A stretch of DNA of 64,000 nt from NCBI GenBank assembly GCA_965246885.1, contig OZ251992.1, positions 1,792,001 through 1,856,000 of the forward strand, written 5' to 3'. Shown piece by piece: positions 8,777 to 19,083 of the stretch. The first letter of the stretch is position 1. The number at the start of each line of letters is the position of its first letter. The stretch is from Abditibacterium sp. GTDB taxonomy: Bacteria > Armatimonadota > Abditibacteriia > Abditibacteriales > Abditibacteriaceae. The position numbers and the translations under genes were made by a program. The notes below the pieces were generated by a model. It did not search any database. It was not told the origin of the DNA and was given only the letters and a program-made list of their open reading frames with translations.

Positions 8777-9028
8777 TCAGGCCGCCTGCGCTTCGCGGGC
8801 GGAAAGTTCGGTTCGCACGCGCGCAATCAGTTTGCGGACGTGCCGGATACGCATGGGGTTGGGTAGCTGCTGGAGCATCGCTTGGGTGCGGAGGTCGAAT
8901 AATTCGCGCTCGCAATCCTTCAAGATGCCGTGCAGTTCCGCTTCCTCGGCGCCTTTGACTCGCTCTCGGACTTCGTAGAGCTTGACTTTGGCGTCGGCGT
9001 TGGAAATATATCGGTTCAAATCGGCCAT
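8777..9028 (-). CDS. rpmC: 50S ribosomal protein L29 with N-terminal extension
   Basis: ELFDLR.Q...QL.NP.RIR.VRK.IARV.T; synteny. Confidence 0.93.
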   Translation of the reverse strand: MADLNRYISNADAKVKLYEVRERVKGAEEAELHGILKDCERELFDLRTQAMLQQLPNPMRIRHVRKLIARVRTELSAREAQAA

Positions 9029-9031
9029 TGT

Positions 9032-9535
9032 TTACAACTCCTCAACGAGGACATCCTCGCTAATGCCGCCCTCGTCCGTCACGGCGCCGTCAGTCGGTTT
9101 ATCGGCGACGGCTTGCGAGATGACTTCGGCTTCGCGCTGGATGAACTTGGTTGCCATCGGCAACTTCATTCGCGCGCGGCGCATTGCTTCTTCGGCGACA
9201 TCGGCGGGGATGCCGGACATCTCGAACAAGATGCGCCCCGGCTTCACGACCGCGACCCAGAACTCGACGGAGCCTTTGCCGGAACCCATGCGGGTTTCGG
9301 CGGGCTTTTGCGTCACCGGTTTATCCGGGAAGACGCGAATCCACAATTGGCCGCCACGCTTGACGTGACCGCGAATCGCGCGACGCGCCGATTCGATTTG
9401 GCGGGAAGTAATCCAGCCCGCCTCGACCGCTTGGATGGCGAAGTCGCCAAACGCGATGTAGTTCCCGCGCGTCGCCACGCCGGAGCGCCGCCCTCGGTGC
9501 TGACGGCGAAATTTCACATTCTTAGGCATCAACAT
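9032..9535 (-). CDS. rplP: 50S ribosomal protein L16 (acidic C-terminal tail)
   Basis: [21 protein letters not shown]. Confidence 0.99.
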   Translation of the reverse strand: MLMPKNVKFRRQHRGRRSGVATRGNYIAFGDFAIQAVEAGWITSRQIESARRAIRGHVKRGGQLWIRVFPDKPVTQKPAETRMGSGKGSVEFWVAVVKPGRILFEMSGIPADVAEEAMRRARMKLPMATKFIQREAEVISQAVADKPTDGAVTDEGGISEDVLVEEL

Positions 9536-9538
9536 AAG

Positions 9539-10468
9539 TTATCTTCCGCCTCCTTGGTAGCCGCCACCGCCGCCTTGACCGCCGCGATAGCCACCGCCAC
9601 CTTGACCGCCGCCGCGATAACCGCCGCCACCTTGCCCGCCGCCCTGACCGCCGCGATAACCGCCGCCGCCACCCGGCCCGCCGCGCCCGCGATCCCCGCC
9701 GCCACCGCGTCCCCGGTCTCCGCCGCCGTAGCCGCCCCGGTCGTCGCGTCCACCGCGATCATCGCGGCGTCCGCGCGGCGCGGTCAGCGTCGGCGCTTCC
9801 ATGCCGTCAAGGATTTCGCCGCGATACACCCAGCACTTGATGCCGATGTTGCCGTAGGTCGTGGCAGCTTCGGCGGTGCCGTAGTCAATGTCGGCGCGCA
9901 GCGTGTGACGGGGGACTTTGCCCTCGTTCACGATTTCGCGCCGCGCGATCTCGGCTCCGCCCAAACGTCCCGCCGCTTCGATGCGGCACCCAAGCGCGCC
10001 ATCTTTGATAACGCGCTGGAGCGTCATACGCAGGGCGCGACGATAAGCGATACGCCGCTCGATTTGCTGCGCCACGCTTTCGGCGACGAGCGTCGCGTCG
10101 AAGTTCGGGTTGCGAATCTCTTCAACGGTGACGCGCACGTCTTTGCCGGTGAACTTGCTGAGCGCCTTTTGGAGCCGCTCGATGTCCGCGCCACGCTGCC
10201 CGATGATGACGCCGGGCTTGGCCGTGTGCAATTTGACGGTGCAACGGTTGGCTTGACGCTCGATCTCGATGCGCGAGAGAGCCGGGTCGTTGGTGCGCTC
10301 GCGCGAACCGGGACGGACGGGCTTCGACTTCACGAAACGCCGGATAAAGCGACGAATTTTCTCGTCTTCAAGTAAGAACTCTTTGTATTGGTCTTTGGAA
10401 TACCAACGGCTCTGCCAAGGTTTGATGATGCCAAGGCGCAGGCCATAAGGGTGAATTTTCTGTCCCAT
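9539..10468 (-). CDS. rpsC: 30S ribosomal protein S3 with RGG/YRGG-rich tail
   Basis: MGQKIHP.GLRLG, GRLGGAEIAR, HTLRADIDYG. Confidence 0.99.
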   Translation of the reverse strand: MGQKIHPYGLRLGIIKPWQSRWYSKDQYKEFLLEDEKIRRFIRRFVKSKPVRPGSRERTNDPALSRIEIERQANRCTVKLHTAKPGVIIGQRGADIERLQKALSKFTGKDVRVTVEEIRNPNFDATLVAESVAQQIERRIAYRRALRMTLQRVIKDGALGCRIEAAGRLGGAEIARREIVNEGKVPRHTLRADIDYGTAEAATTYGNIGIKCWVYRGEILDGMEAPTLTAPRGRRDDRGGRDDRGGYGGGDRGRGGGGDRGRGGPGGGGGYRGGQGGGQGGGGYRGGGQGGGGYRGGQGGGGGYQGGGR

Positions 10469-10477
10469 GATAGGAAG

Positions 10478-10546
10478 GCGGAAAGCGGAAGCCGGAAAGC
10501 GGAAAGGGGCAACCCCAATTTCCGACTTCCGGTTTCCAACTTCCGC
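10478..10546. repeat. Heptamer tandem repeats in inverted arrangement
   Basis: (GCGGAAA-like)x4, ggggcaacccc, (TTTCCGN-like)x4. Confidence 0.8.
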
Positions 10547-10548
10547 GT

Positions 10549-10881
10549 TTAGACGGCCTCCTCGACAACGACGGTGATGTGGCTCATGCGCTTTTTCAAT
10601 TGATCAGCGCGGCCCCGCGAACGGGGAAGGTAGCGCTTGAGCGTTTTGCCCTTATCAATCATAATGGTCCGCACGACCAAGCGGTCTTCGTCGGCGCCCT
10701 CGTTGTTGACGGCATTGGCGGCGGCGCTTTTGATGACCTTGGCCAAAATGGGCGACGCGATATGCGGGTCGAGCGCCAACATGTTTTGCGCGGTCACGAC
10801 GGGTTTGCCCATCACTAATTTGGCGACGCGGCGCACTTTGAGCGGCGTCATGCGAAGGTCGCGTAGAATTGCTTTTGCCAT
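10549..10881 (-). CDS. rplV: 50S ribosomal protein L22
   Basis: P.KVRRVA, SAAANA.NN, PRSRGRA, SHITVVV. Confidence 0.98.
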   Translation of the reverse strand: MAKAILRDLRMTPLKVRRVAKLVMGKPVVTAQNMLALDPHIASPILAKVIKSAAANAVNNEGADEDRLVVRTIMIDKGKTLKRYLPRSRGRADQLKKRMSHITVVVEEAV

Positions 10882-11159
10882 TACTTTCTCACCTTTTCGG
10901 TCGCGCCGCCATGCCGTTTGAACGTGCGTGTCGGGACGAATTCGCCCAGTTTGTGCCCGACCATGTTCTCTTGAACAAAGACCGGGACGTGTTTGCGCCC
11001 ATCGTGAATGGCGATGGTATGGCCGAGCATTTCGGGGAAGATGGTCGAACGACGGCTCCACGATTTGATAATGGCCTTTTTGCCGCTCTCGTTCATCGCC
11101 TCGATTTTCTTCATCAGCGACAGATCGACAAACGGCCCTTTTTTCAGTGAACGGGACAT
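10881..11159 (-). CDS. rpsS: 30S ribosomal protein S19
   Basis: [28 protein letters not shown]. Confidence 0.99.
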   Translation of the reverse strand: MSRSLKKGPFVDLSLMKKIEAMNESGKKAIIKSWSRRSTIFPEMLGHTIAIHDGRKHVPVFVQENMVGHKLGEFVPTRTFKRHGGATEKVRK

Positions 11160-11162
11160 GGG

Positions 11163-11999
11163 TTACTTCTTCCTCTTTGAAATAATCATCTTGGAACTCG
11201 GCTTCTTCTTGGTGCGGGTCTTGAAGCCGATGGCTTTGACGCCGGTGGCCGAGACGGGGCCGGACTTGCGACGGCCAACACTCGCGCGGCCTTCGCCGCC
11301 GCCGTGCGGGTGGTCGTTGGGGTTCATCGCTTTACCACGAACGTGCGGCGTGATGCCGCGATGCCGATTGCGGCCCGCATTGCCCCACACGATGTTCTCC
11401 CACTCCGCGTTGCCGACGGCGCCGATGGTGGCGCGGCAACCGAGTTGAACCAAACGGGTCTCGCGCGACGGCAGCAAAATGAGCGCGAACTTGCCCTCTT
11501 TCGCTTGGAGCGTGATGGCCGTGCCCGCGCTGCGGCCCAACTGGGCGCCGCGTCCGGGTTGCAGTTCGACGTTGTGAATTGTGGTGCCGACCGGAATGTT
11601 TTGCAGGGGAAGCGCATTGCCAACGCGGATTTCTGCGGTGGCGCCGTCCATGATTTTGGCGCCGACTTTGAGGCCCGCCGGAGCGATGATGTAGCGCTTG
11701 GTGCCGTCTTCGTTCTGGATGAGCGCGATGTTGGCCGAGCGGTTCGGATCGTATTCGAGGTGCGTGACTTCGCCCGCAACGCCGTCCATACGGCGCTTGA
11801 AGTCCACGATGCGATAGAGTCGTTTGTGACCGCCGCCTTTGTTGCGGGCGGTCATGCGGCCTTGATTGTTGCGGCCAGCCGTCTTTTTGAGCGGCTCGGT
11901 GAGCGATTTTTCCGGTCGCTTCTCGGACAGTTCGGGATTGACGACCTTTGTCATCGAACGCCGCGCCGGAGAAGTCGGATTGTAATTCTTAATTGCCAT
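11163..11999 (-). CDS. rplB: 50S ribosomal protein L2
   Basis: [27 protein letters not shown]. Confidence 0.99.
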   Translation of the reverse strand: MAIKNYNPTSPARRSMTKVVNPELSEKRPEKSLTEPLKKTAGRNNQGRMTARNKGGGHKRLYRIVDFKRRMDGVAGEVTHLEYDPNRSANIALIQNEDGTKRYIIAPAGLKVGAKIMDGATAEIRVGNALPLQNIPVGTTIHNVELQPGRGAQLGRSAGTAITLQAKEGKFALILLPSRETRLVQLGCRATIGAVGNAEWENIVWGNAGRNRHRGITPHVRGKAMNPNDHPHGGGEGRASVGRRKSGPVSATGVKAIGFKTRTKKKPSSKMIISKRKK

Positions 12000-12053
12000 G
12001 ATCGAAAGGTTTGATACCGCCCGGTTGGACGGTATGAGGACATCTCCTTACGC

Positions 12054-12359
12054 TTAAGCGCCCTCGAAAATTTCCTTTAAGCGGGTCGCGGGCGCGCCTT
12101 CGGCGAGCGTCACGATCGCTTTCTTGTAGTCGGCGGTCTTGCCCTTGCGGGCGCGTCCGACCTGCTTGGTCTTACCTTTCACGGTGAGCGTGTGAATCGA
12201 GCGAATCTTGGTGTCGAAGGCTTCTTCGATGGCCCGTTGGATTTCGGGCTTGTTCGCGCTCGGTTTGCACCGGAAGGTGTATTGGCCCACCATCGAGAGC
12301 TTCACCGATTTTTCGGTGATGATGGGGCGGTCGAGGATTTCGTATAACGGCTTGCTCAT
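12054..12359 (-). CDS. rplW: 50S ribosomal protein L23
   Basis: PIITEKS, ANKPEI..AIE, YKKAIVTL. Confidence 0.97.
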   Translation of the reverse strand: MSKPLYEILDRPIITEKSVKLSMVGQYTFRCKPSANKPEIQRAIEEAFDTKIRSIHTLTVKGKTKQVGRARKGKTADYKKAIVTLAEGAPATRLKEIFEGA

Positions 12360-13024
12360 GCGGTCACCTCTTGGGAGGATTCGGGTTCGGCGCCTTTGCC
12401 TTCGATGCGCAGCGTCATTTCGGCCCACGCACCGCGCGTGCAAAGCAGGTAGTCGGTGCCCAAAACGTCCACCATCGAAGTCATGCCGACATATTGCGCC
12501 TTGACTTTGGGCAGATTGCGCGCGCTGAGCGCCACGTTCTCTTCGCCGTGCGAGGACAAAACGAGCACTTTGAACTCGGAAAGTCCCAGCGCCGCGAGCA
12601 ACGCGACCATCTCTTTGGTTTTGGGCGCCTCGAAAGAAAGGGCGTCCAATAGGTAGATGCGGTCGTTTTGCAAACGCGAGTTGAGGACGGTGCGAAACGC
12701 GGCCTGACGCATTTTGCGCGGCGTGTTTTGTGAGTAGTCGCGCGGGCGCGGGCCGTGAACGACGCCGCCACCGCGCATGTGCGGAACGCGCTTGTCGCCT
12801 TGACGCGAGCGGCCCGTTCCTTTCTGGCGCCGGATTTTGACGCCCGAACCTTTCACTTCGTCGCGCCGCTTGGCCTTGGCCGTGCCTTGTCGTTTGCCCG
12901 CCAACTCCGCGACCATCACTTGGTGAACCAAGGTCTGTTTCGCGTTAGCGGATTCGAGTTTGGCGGGAGCGGCGAGCGTCCCAGTGGACGCCCCGCTCCG
13001 GTCGAAAATTTTGATTTCTGCCAT
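12356..13024 (-). CDS. rplD: 50S ribosomal protein L4
   Basis: RQGT, RQKGTGRSRQG, GGGVVHGPRPRDY, PKTKE. Confidence 0.98.
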   Translation of the reverse strand: MAEIKIFDRSGASTGTLAAPAKLESANAKQTLVHQVMVAELAGKRQGTAKAKRRDEVKGSGVKIRRQKGTGRSRQGDKRVPHMRGGGVVHGPRPRDYSQNTPRKMRQAAFRTVLNSRLQNDRIYLLDALSFEAPKTKEMVALLAALGLSEFKVLVLSSHGEENVALSARNLPKVKAQYVGMTSMVDVLGTDYLLCTRGAWAEMTLRIEGKGAEPESSQEVTA

Positions 13025-13091
13025 GTTCGTTCGCGCGCCTCTTCGCCGACGGGCGCGGATTAGTTGTTTGTGGGCTTCGTCGTCAAGCCAT

Positions 13092-13183
13092 CGGAGAAGC
13101 CGGGATTCGAACCCGGGATGAACGGTGGAGCCATCCATAACTCATTAGCAGTGAGCCGCCTTCGACCACTCGGCCACTTCTCC
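13092..13183 (-). tRNA. tRNA-Ser (GCT)
   Basis: GGAGAAGTGGCCGAGTGGTCGAAGGCGGCTCAC-T-GCT-AA-TGAG, long variable arm, GGTTCGAATCCCGGCTTCTCCG; CCA not encoded. Confidence 0.96.
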
Positions 13184-13193
13184 AAACTGCCCC

Positions 13194-13260
13194 GAGCGGG
13201 GCTACCGCCCCCTTCCAATCACGGAATGGAGCCGATTGGAAGTGGGCGGTAGCCCCGCTC
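13194..13260. repeat. REP-like doublet, same family as 3502-3574 but opposite arm order
   Basis: gagcggggctaccgcccccttccaatc ... gattggaagtgggcggtagccccgctc. Confidence 0.88.
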
Positions 13261-13406
13261 TACTCCTTCGTCGGTAGGTCGGAGGCCTTGATTGTCCAAG
13301 GCTTCGTCCGATGCGGATTCGGCGCGAATATCATCCAAGCGGCGAATCCCAAAACAAACACGAGAATCGCAACCTGCACCCATTCACCGAAAGTCCAGTG
13401 CCTCAT
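13260..13406 (-). CDS. Small single-TM protein (48 aa)
   Basis: MRHWTFGEWVQVAILVFVLGFAAWMIFAPNPHRTKPWTIKASDLPTKE*; TGATG overlap with the tal stop. Confidence 0.65.
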   Translation of the reverse strand: MRHWTFGEWVQVAILVFVLGFAAWMIFAPNPHRTKPWTIKASDLPTKE

Positions 13407-14065
13407 CAGTAAGTCCGATTCTCCGCCGGGATTTTGTTCCAGTCGGTGTCGAACAGCTTGAGGCCGATGTCCGTGAGCGGGTTGTTGACCAGCTTTTTGA
13501 ACAGCGTAAAGGGCATCGTCGCCACGTCGCTTCCGGCGATGGCAGCTTGTTGGATGTGCAAAGCCGAGCGCGTCGAAGCGGTCAGGATCTGCGTGGCGAA
13601 CTCGTAGTTGTCGTAGATCGCGCGAATATCGCGGATCGTGTCCATGCCTTCGCCGCCGATGTCGTCTATGCGGCCCACGAACGGCGAAATGTAAGTCGCG
13701 CCGACTTTGGCCGCGAGAAGTGCCTGCACCGGCGAGAAGCACAGCGTCACGTTGGTTTTGATGCCCTCTTCGGTGAAGACCTTGACGGCCTTCAAGCCCT
13801 CTTGAGTGAGCGGCACTTTCACGACGACGTTGGGCGCCAAGTCCGCCAAAAAACGGCCCTGACGCAGCATCTCGTCCTTGTGTTCTGCCGTGACTTCCGC
13901 CGAAACGGGGCCGGAAACGACGCCACAAATCTCCTTCACCAATTCGATGAAGTTGCGATTCGATTTGGCAACGTGCGACGGGTTCGTCGTGATGCCATCG
14001 AGTAGGCCCGTTTCTTGCGCTTCGCGGATTTCGCTGATGTCCGCCGTGTCGAGAAAAAATTTCAT
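13406..14065 (-). CDS. tal: Transaldolase (FSA/TalC family)
   Basis: FFLDTA, GITTNPS, VVKVP, NVTLCFS, YISPFVGR; Glu (AEV) and Phe (SPF) favour transaldolase over FSA. Confidence 0.95.
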   Translation of the reverse strand: MKFFLDTADISEIREAQETGLLDGITTNPSHVAKSNRNFIELVKEICGVVSGPVSAEVTAEHKDEMLRQGRFLADLAPNVVVKVPLTQEGLKAVKVFTEEGIKTNVTLCFSPVQALLAAKVGATYISPFVGRIDDIGGEGMDTIRDIRAIYDNYEFATQILTASTRSALHIQQAAIAGSDVATMPFTLFKKLVNNPLTDIGLKLFDTDWNKIPAENRTY

Positions 14066-14098
14066 GGTGTCTCCGTTCGTGTCGTCCGCTCAAGCCCT

Positions 14099-14782
14099 TT
14101 ACGCCTTAAAAATTTTCAGCAACCCACCGGGTGCGCCGGGGACGGCGCCTTTGACGACGAGCAGGTTGCGCTCGGCGTCCACTTCCACGACCGACAGGCC
14201 GAGTTGCGTGACCGTCGCGTCGCCCATGTGACCGGGGCGGCGGGCGCCGGGAAAGGTGCGGGCCGGGTCGGTCGCGCCGTTCGAGGCGGGTTTGCGGTGG
14301 ATTTTGGCGCCGTGCGAGCCGCCTTGTCCGCGAAAGTTGTGGCGCTTCATGGCGCCCGCAAAGCCGCGTCCCTTGCTTTTGCCCTGCACTTTGATGTCGT
14401 CGCCAGCCGTGAAAATGTCGGCAACCGTCAAGGACGCGCCGGGAGCGGGTTCTTCGCCGTCGCCTTCCAAGCGGAACTCGCCCAGAAAGCGCGTCGGCGT
14501 CGCGCCGCCATTGCGGGCAAAGTGGCCCGCGACGGGTTTCGACGCTTCGCCTTTACCTCTGTGCCCCGCATCGCCGCGCTTGATTTTGGTCTCTTTGCGC
14601 GCCGCCTTCTTTTCGACGTAGCCCAGTTGCACGGCGTCGTAGCCGTCCTTTTCCTCGGTCTTGCGCTGCACAACAGCGCACGGCCCGCACTCGATAATCG
14701 TCACGGGGACGACGTTGCCTTCAGGCGTAAACACTTGCGTCATGCCGACTTTGCGGCCCAATAATCCATTAACAGTTGCCAT
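14099..14782 (-). CDS. rplC: 50S ribosomal protein L3
   Basis: GRKVGMTQ, DGYDAVQLG, SKGRGFAG.MKRHNF, KGAVPG. Confidence 0.99.
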   Translation of the reverse strand: MATVNGLLGRKVGMTQVFTPEGNVVPVTIIECGPCAVVQRKTEEKDGYDAVQLGYVEKKAARKETKIKRGDAGHRGKGEASKPVAGHFARNGGATPTRFLGEFRLEGDGEEPAPGASLTVADIFTAGDDIKVQGKSKGRGFAGAMKRHNFRGQGGSHGAKIHRKPASNGATDPARTFPGARRPGHMGDATVTQLGLSVVEVDAERNLLVVKGAVPGAPGGLLKIFKA

Positions 14783-14835
14783 TTGATTCTCCAGAGGTCA
14801 GCCCGCGAGTGCGGGGTAGACGTTCGATGCCGTCG

Positions 14836-15138
14836 TTACAGCTTGATTTGAATATCCACGCCGCTCGGCAGGTTCAGGTTCGTGAGTTCCGTGATGGTGC
14901 GCGGGTCGGGGTCAATGATGTCAATCAAGCGTTTGTGCGTCCTCATCTCGAAGTGTTCCATTGATTCCTTGTCAACGAACGGCGAGCGGATAACGCAGTA
15001 GATGCTTTTGTCGGTCGGAAGCGGAACTGGCCCGCTTAAGCGCGAGCCAGTGCGCCGCGCCGTAGTTACGATTTGCTGCGCCGTCTGGTCGAGCAATTTA
15101 TGATCGAAGGCGCGCAGCTTGATGCGAATTTTTTCCAT
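14836..15138 (-). CDS. rpsJ: 30S ribosomal protein S10
   Basis: [29 protein letters not shown]. Confidence 0.99.
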   Translation of the reverse strand: MEKIRIKLRAFDHKLLDQTAQQIVTTARRTGSRLSGPVPLPTDKSIYCVIRSPFVDKESMEHFEMRTHKRLIDIIDPDPRTITELTNLNLPSGVDIQIKL

Positions 15139-15176
15139 GTGTGATGTTCAACCTTGCGCCGACGTGCGCGCAAATT

Positions 15177-15446
15177 TCAACTCGTCTCCTCTGTCATTTC
15201 GAAAGGAGCTATGCGACTTGAGGAATCCACCTGCGCCCCGTCATTAGTTCCATTGGCGCTCGACTGTCCGCCCTTGTTGTAACGGGCCATCAGTCGCCGC
15301 TTGCGCTTTTCATCCAATTCCGCCCGCAGTTCATCGGCACGAGGGCTGTCCTCTCCACCGAGAATGACCTCACCGGTCTCCTCATCTTCATAAAGGATGG
15401 GCCGCGATAAATCTGGGATGACTCGCATAACTTCGCTCGCTGACAA
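15177..15446 (-). CDS. Small hypothetical protein between tuf and rpsJ (start uncertain)
   Basis: Up to 89 aa, charged; no recognisable motif; bracketed by REP-like elements. Confidence 0.45.
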   Translation of the reverse strand: MSASEVMRVIPDLSRPILYEDEETGEVILGGEDSPRADELRAELDEKRKRRLMARYNKGGQSSANGTNDGAQVDSSSRIAPFEMTEETS

Positions 15447-15483
15447 GATTCCTCTGCTCGCTTAAGCTCGCCTCGGAATGACA
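15192..15483. repeat. Inverted pair of TGTCATT(C/T)CGA...GAGGAATC REP-like elements (15192-15228 plus, 15446-15483 minus)
   Basis: tgtcatttcgaaaggag..gaggaatc versus reverse complement tgtcattccgaggcgag..gaggaatct. Confidence 0.65.
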
Positions 15484-15503
15484 GGGATGGTGGTAAAGAC
15501 GCG

Positions 15504-15548
15504 AAAAGGCCGGTGCGCCCCGCATTGAATCGCGGCCACCGGCCTTTT
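15504..15548 (-). terminator. Hairpin terminator after tuf
   Basis: aaaaggccggtg ... caccggcctttt. Confidence 0.7.
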
Positions 15549-15557
15549 GCTCTGCCT

Positions 15558-16748
<1,191 letters not shown>

Positions 16749-16848
16749 CTCAGTTTTGATTTCCTTGGGCAGCCCAAAAGCCGCCGAATTTGTGTCTCGC
16801 CGTGTTTCCCGCGCGCCGTGCGAAGAGGAAATGGCCCCGTCTGGGAAC

Positions 16849-16896
16849 AATAAAAAACCCTTCGCCTCCCCTGAAACAGACGAGCGTGCGAAGGGT
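16849..16896 (-). terminator. Intrinsic terminator inside the tuf 5' leader
   Basis: ACCCTTCGC...GCGAAGGGT-TTTTTATT on the minus strand. Confidence 0.75.
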
Positions 16897-16974
16897 AAAA
16901 TACCTTTCTAACACGCCGACAGTATCCGCGAAGGACTTACCGACGAGAGGGCATCTGCGAGACGCCAACGGAAA

Positions 16975-17003
16975 ATTATACGGGTTTCCGCCGCGCGCAA
17001 CAA
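16975..17003 (-). promoter_or_regulatory. Sigma70-type promoter upstream of tuf
   Basis: TTGTTG-17 nt-TATAAT. Confidence 0.7.
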
Positions 17004-17013
17004 GGGCAAGGTT

Positions 17014-17784
17014 TCATTTGGCCCCATCAGCTTCAAAAGTGACGCGCGGAAAGGTAGGCTTCAGCAAGCGAATGTGGTTTGTCGAGTTCGGCTGAATTTG
17101 CTCCATCAAGGCGAAAAGCCAACGCCGCCGCGTTTCGTCGTCTTGGTTTGGTCGCATAAGAACGGGCCATCGGCGTGGCCATTCGGGTGTGGGCTTTAGC
17201 GAACTCCAAGGACGATCCAAAAGCACCACAAAAAACTGCGCTTCTTCCCCCTCTTTACGCGGCCACGAAAGTTCAGCATAAGCGCACTGCCCCTGTCTTT
17301 CCCAAACGAGAAGCATTTCACGCTTATCGTCTGCGCCTGCCGAAATTCCATAACCCGTAGGGGCACCCATATCGAACAGCACCTGCTTGAGGGGCTTTGA
17401 CAGGACATTTGCTTCCTCGGAAATATGCCTCAGTTGGTAGAGGCTAAAATCTGCCCCAGCTTGGATTCGGATGAGCTTTCTTTGCGAGAAGAAAAATAGG
17501 CCATACGAAAAAGGCGCGCCATCCAAATCTAAAGCGAGCAAAGCCTCGCTTCGTTTGGCAGCACGGTCTAATTTTTGTTTGGCGGTCAAAAGGCTCCTGT
17601 TGTTGCCATTGTTGTAACCGCCATCAAAAACCCCTGCTTTAGGATGCGCCTTCAAAAACTCCTCCCATCCCTGCCCCAACTTCACCCCGTTAAACGAAAG
17701 CGACGGCGCCGCTTCACTATGCGCGACGCGCGCGAAGCCACAACCAAGAATGAGAGAAAGAAGGAAAGCGGCGCGGTGCAACAT
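17014..17784 (-). CDS. Secreted hypothetical protein
   Basis: Signal peptide; FNGVKLG motif; AT-richer than flanks. Confidence 0.75.
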   Translation of the reverse strand: MLHRAAFLLSLILGCGFARVAHSEAAPSLSFNGVKLGQGWEEFLKAHPKAGVFDGGYNNGNNRSLLTAKQKLDRAAKRSEALLALDLDGAPFSYGLFFFSQRKLIRIQAGADFSLYQLRHISEEANVLSKPLKQVLFDMGAPTGYGISAGADDKREMLLVWERQGQCAYAELSWPRKEGEEAQFFVVLLDRPWSSLKPTPEWPRRWPVLMRPNQDDETRRRWLFALMEQIQPNSTNHIRLLKPTFPRVTFEADGAK

Positions 17785-17811
17785 AGGTGGTCTTATTTTA
17801 GGCGGTGCCGC

Positions 17812-19083
17812 TCACATCTCGCCTACCGCATAAACCTCTATGGCCGAGTCACCTTGCGGACGGCGCGCAATGGTATCGGGGCCGGGGCCGGAATTGGGGA
17901 TAAGCGGGTACGCCACGCGCTCTTGGCGCACCAAAGCGAATCGGCTCCCATCGGGCGAGAAGCAACCGACGCCATCCGCTTCGGCTTGGAGGGTCGTTGG
18001 CCAAGGGAAGGGGTCGTCCGAATAGTAGATGCGCGCGGCGATGGTGCCACTGCCGCGCGTATAAAAGACGGCTTCCTTGCCCAGCGTCACGACCGTGTGG
18101 CCATCGGGCGAAAAAAGCGTTGTCCAGCCGCTATCTACCTGCGACGTGTACGGCCAGCGATAGATGTAGTAGGGCCACTCGTAGCGGTAGGTGTCCCAGT
18201 AATAATAAGGCACATGATAGGGCGCGATTGCGGCTTTGGTTTCGCCCGTCTCGAAAGTAACGAGGTGCATCTCGCCCTTGACGACCGATAGCGCCGTCCC
18301 ATCGGGCGACTGCGCGACCGAAAAGCCGCTAATGGCGCCCAAGTCCACCGGAGTCGTGCGGCTGCCATCCGCCAGCTTGTAGTCGCTCCAGAAACACTGC
18401 GAGCCGGAGGGGTTGCCAACGACGCAGCGCACCGATGCCCCGCGACTCCGGAGCGAGGTGATGGGAAGCAAGCCGTTGGGTTTCTCCCACACGACCTTGC
18501 CATCGAGAGCGCCGCGCTCCTGCACGAAGTGGGTGGAGCCGCGCTTAGCCGCGCACACCACGCCCTCACCTCCAACGACCGCGATGTTGTAAACATCCGG
18601 CGCCGTCCACAGACGCACTGGCGACCCCTCAAAAGCAACGCCGCCCGGCCAACCCCACACCATCAGCCCCCGCGCCCCGCAGAAGAACAGTTGCTTGCCG
18701 TCGTCGGAAAAAGCGAGAACGTGGCGCAGTGGCGGGCGGTCTTCAAAGAGCTTGCCCGCTTCTTTGGCGCCGTCCCAAACGACGGTGCGCCCGCCCGTTG
18801 CATTGAAAAGCGCCACAGAAGTTGGAGTCGCCGCCGCCAAAAAGTCGCCGTTCGGCGAAAAGCACAGCGCCGACACCCGCCCGCTCATCGCCACCGCCAC
18901 AACGCGCGACAAGTCGCCCTCCACGTGGGTTTCAAAACGCTGAGCGCGCGTAACAGTCGCGCCCGGCGACTCCCGAAACTGCGCCGATGCAGGTATGCAC
19001 AAGCTCAGGGGTAAAAGAAGAAGCAGAAAAAAGCGTTTCACAATACGGGGCGCAAGTATCCCGCACCTTCGACGAATCTGCAC
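17812..19083 (-). CDS. Secreted WD40/beta-propeller-like protein (start uncertain, probably near 19040)
   Basis: Repeated FSPNG/FSDDG/SPDG/FSPDG motifs; hydrophobic signal FFLLLLLPLSL..ASA. Confidence 0.75.
   Translation of the reverse strand: MQIRRRCGILAPRIVKRFFLLLLLPLSLCIPASAQFRESPGATVTRAQRFETHVEGDLSRVVAVAMSGRVSALCFSPNGDFLAAATPTSVALFNATGGRTVVWDGAKEAGKLFEDRPPLRHVLAFSDDGKQLFFCGARGLMVWGWPGGVAFEGSPVRLWTAPDVYNIAVVGGEGVVCAAKRGSTHFVQERGALDGKVVWEKPNGLLPITSLRSRGASVRCVVGNPSGSQCFWSDYKLADGSRTTPVDLGAISGFSVAQSPDGTALSVVKGEMHLVTFETGETKAAIAPYHVPYYYWDTYRYEWPYYIYRWPYTSQVDSGWTTLFSPDGHTVVTLGKEAVFYTRGSGTIAARIYYSDDPFPWPTTLQAEADGVGCFSPDGSRFALVRQERVAYPLIPNSGPGPDTIARRPQGDSAIEVYAVGEM

Noticed and set aside
8930..10375. 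481-aa plus-strand ORF and other long antisense ORFs over tuf, infB and the TPR gene
   Set aside because: They lie opposite well-identified genes and reflect codon bias
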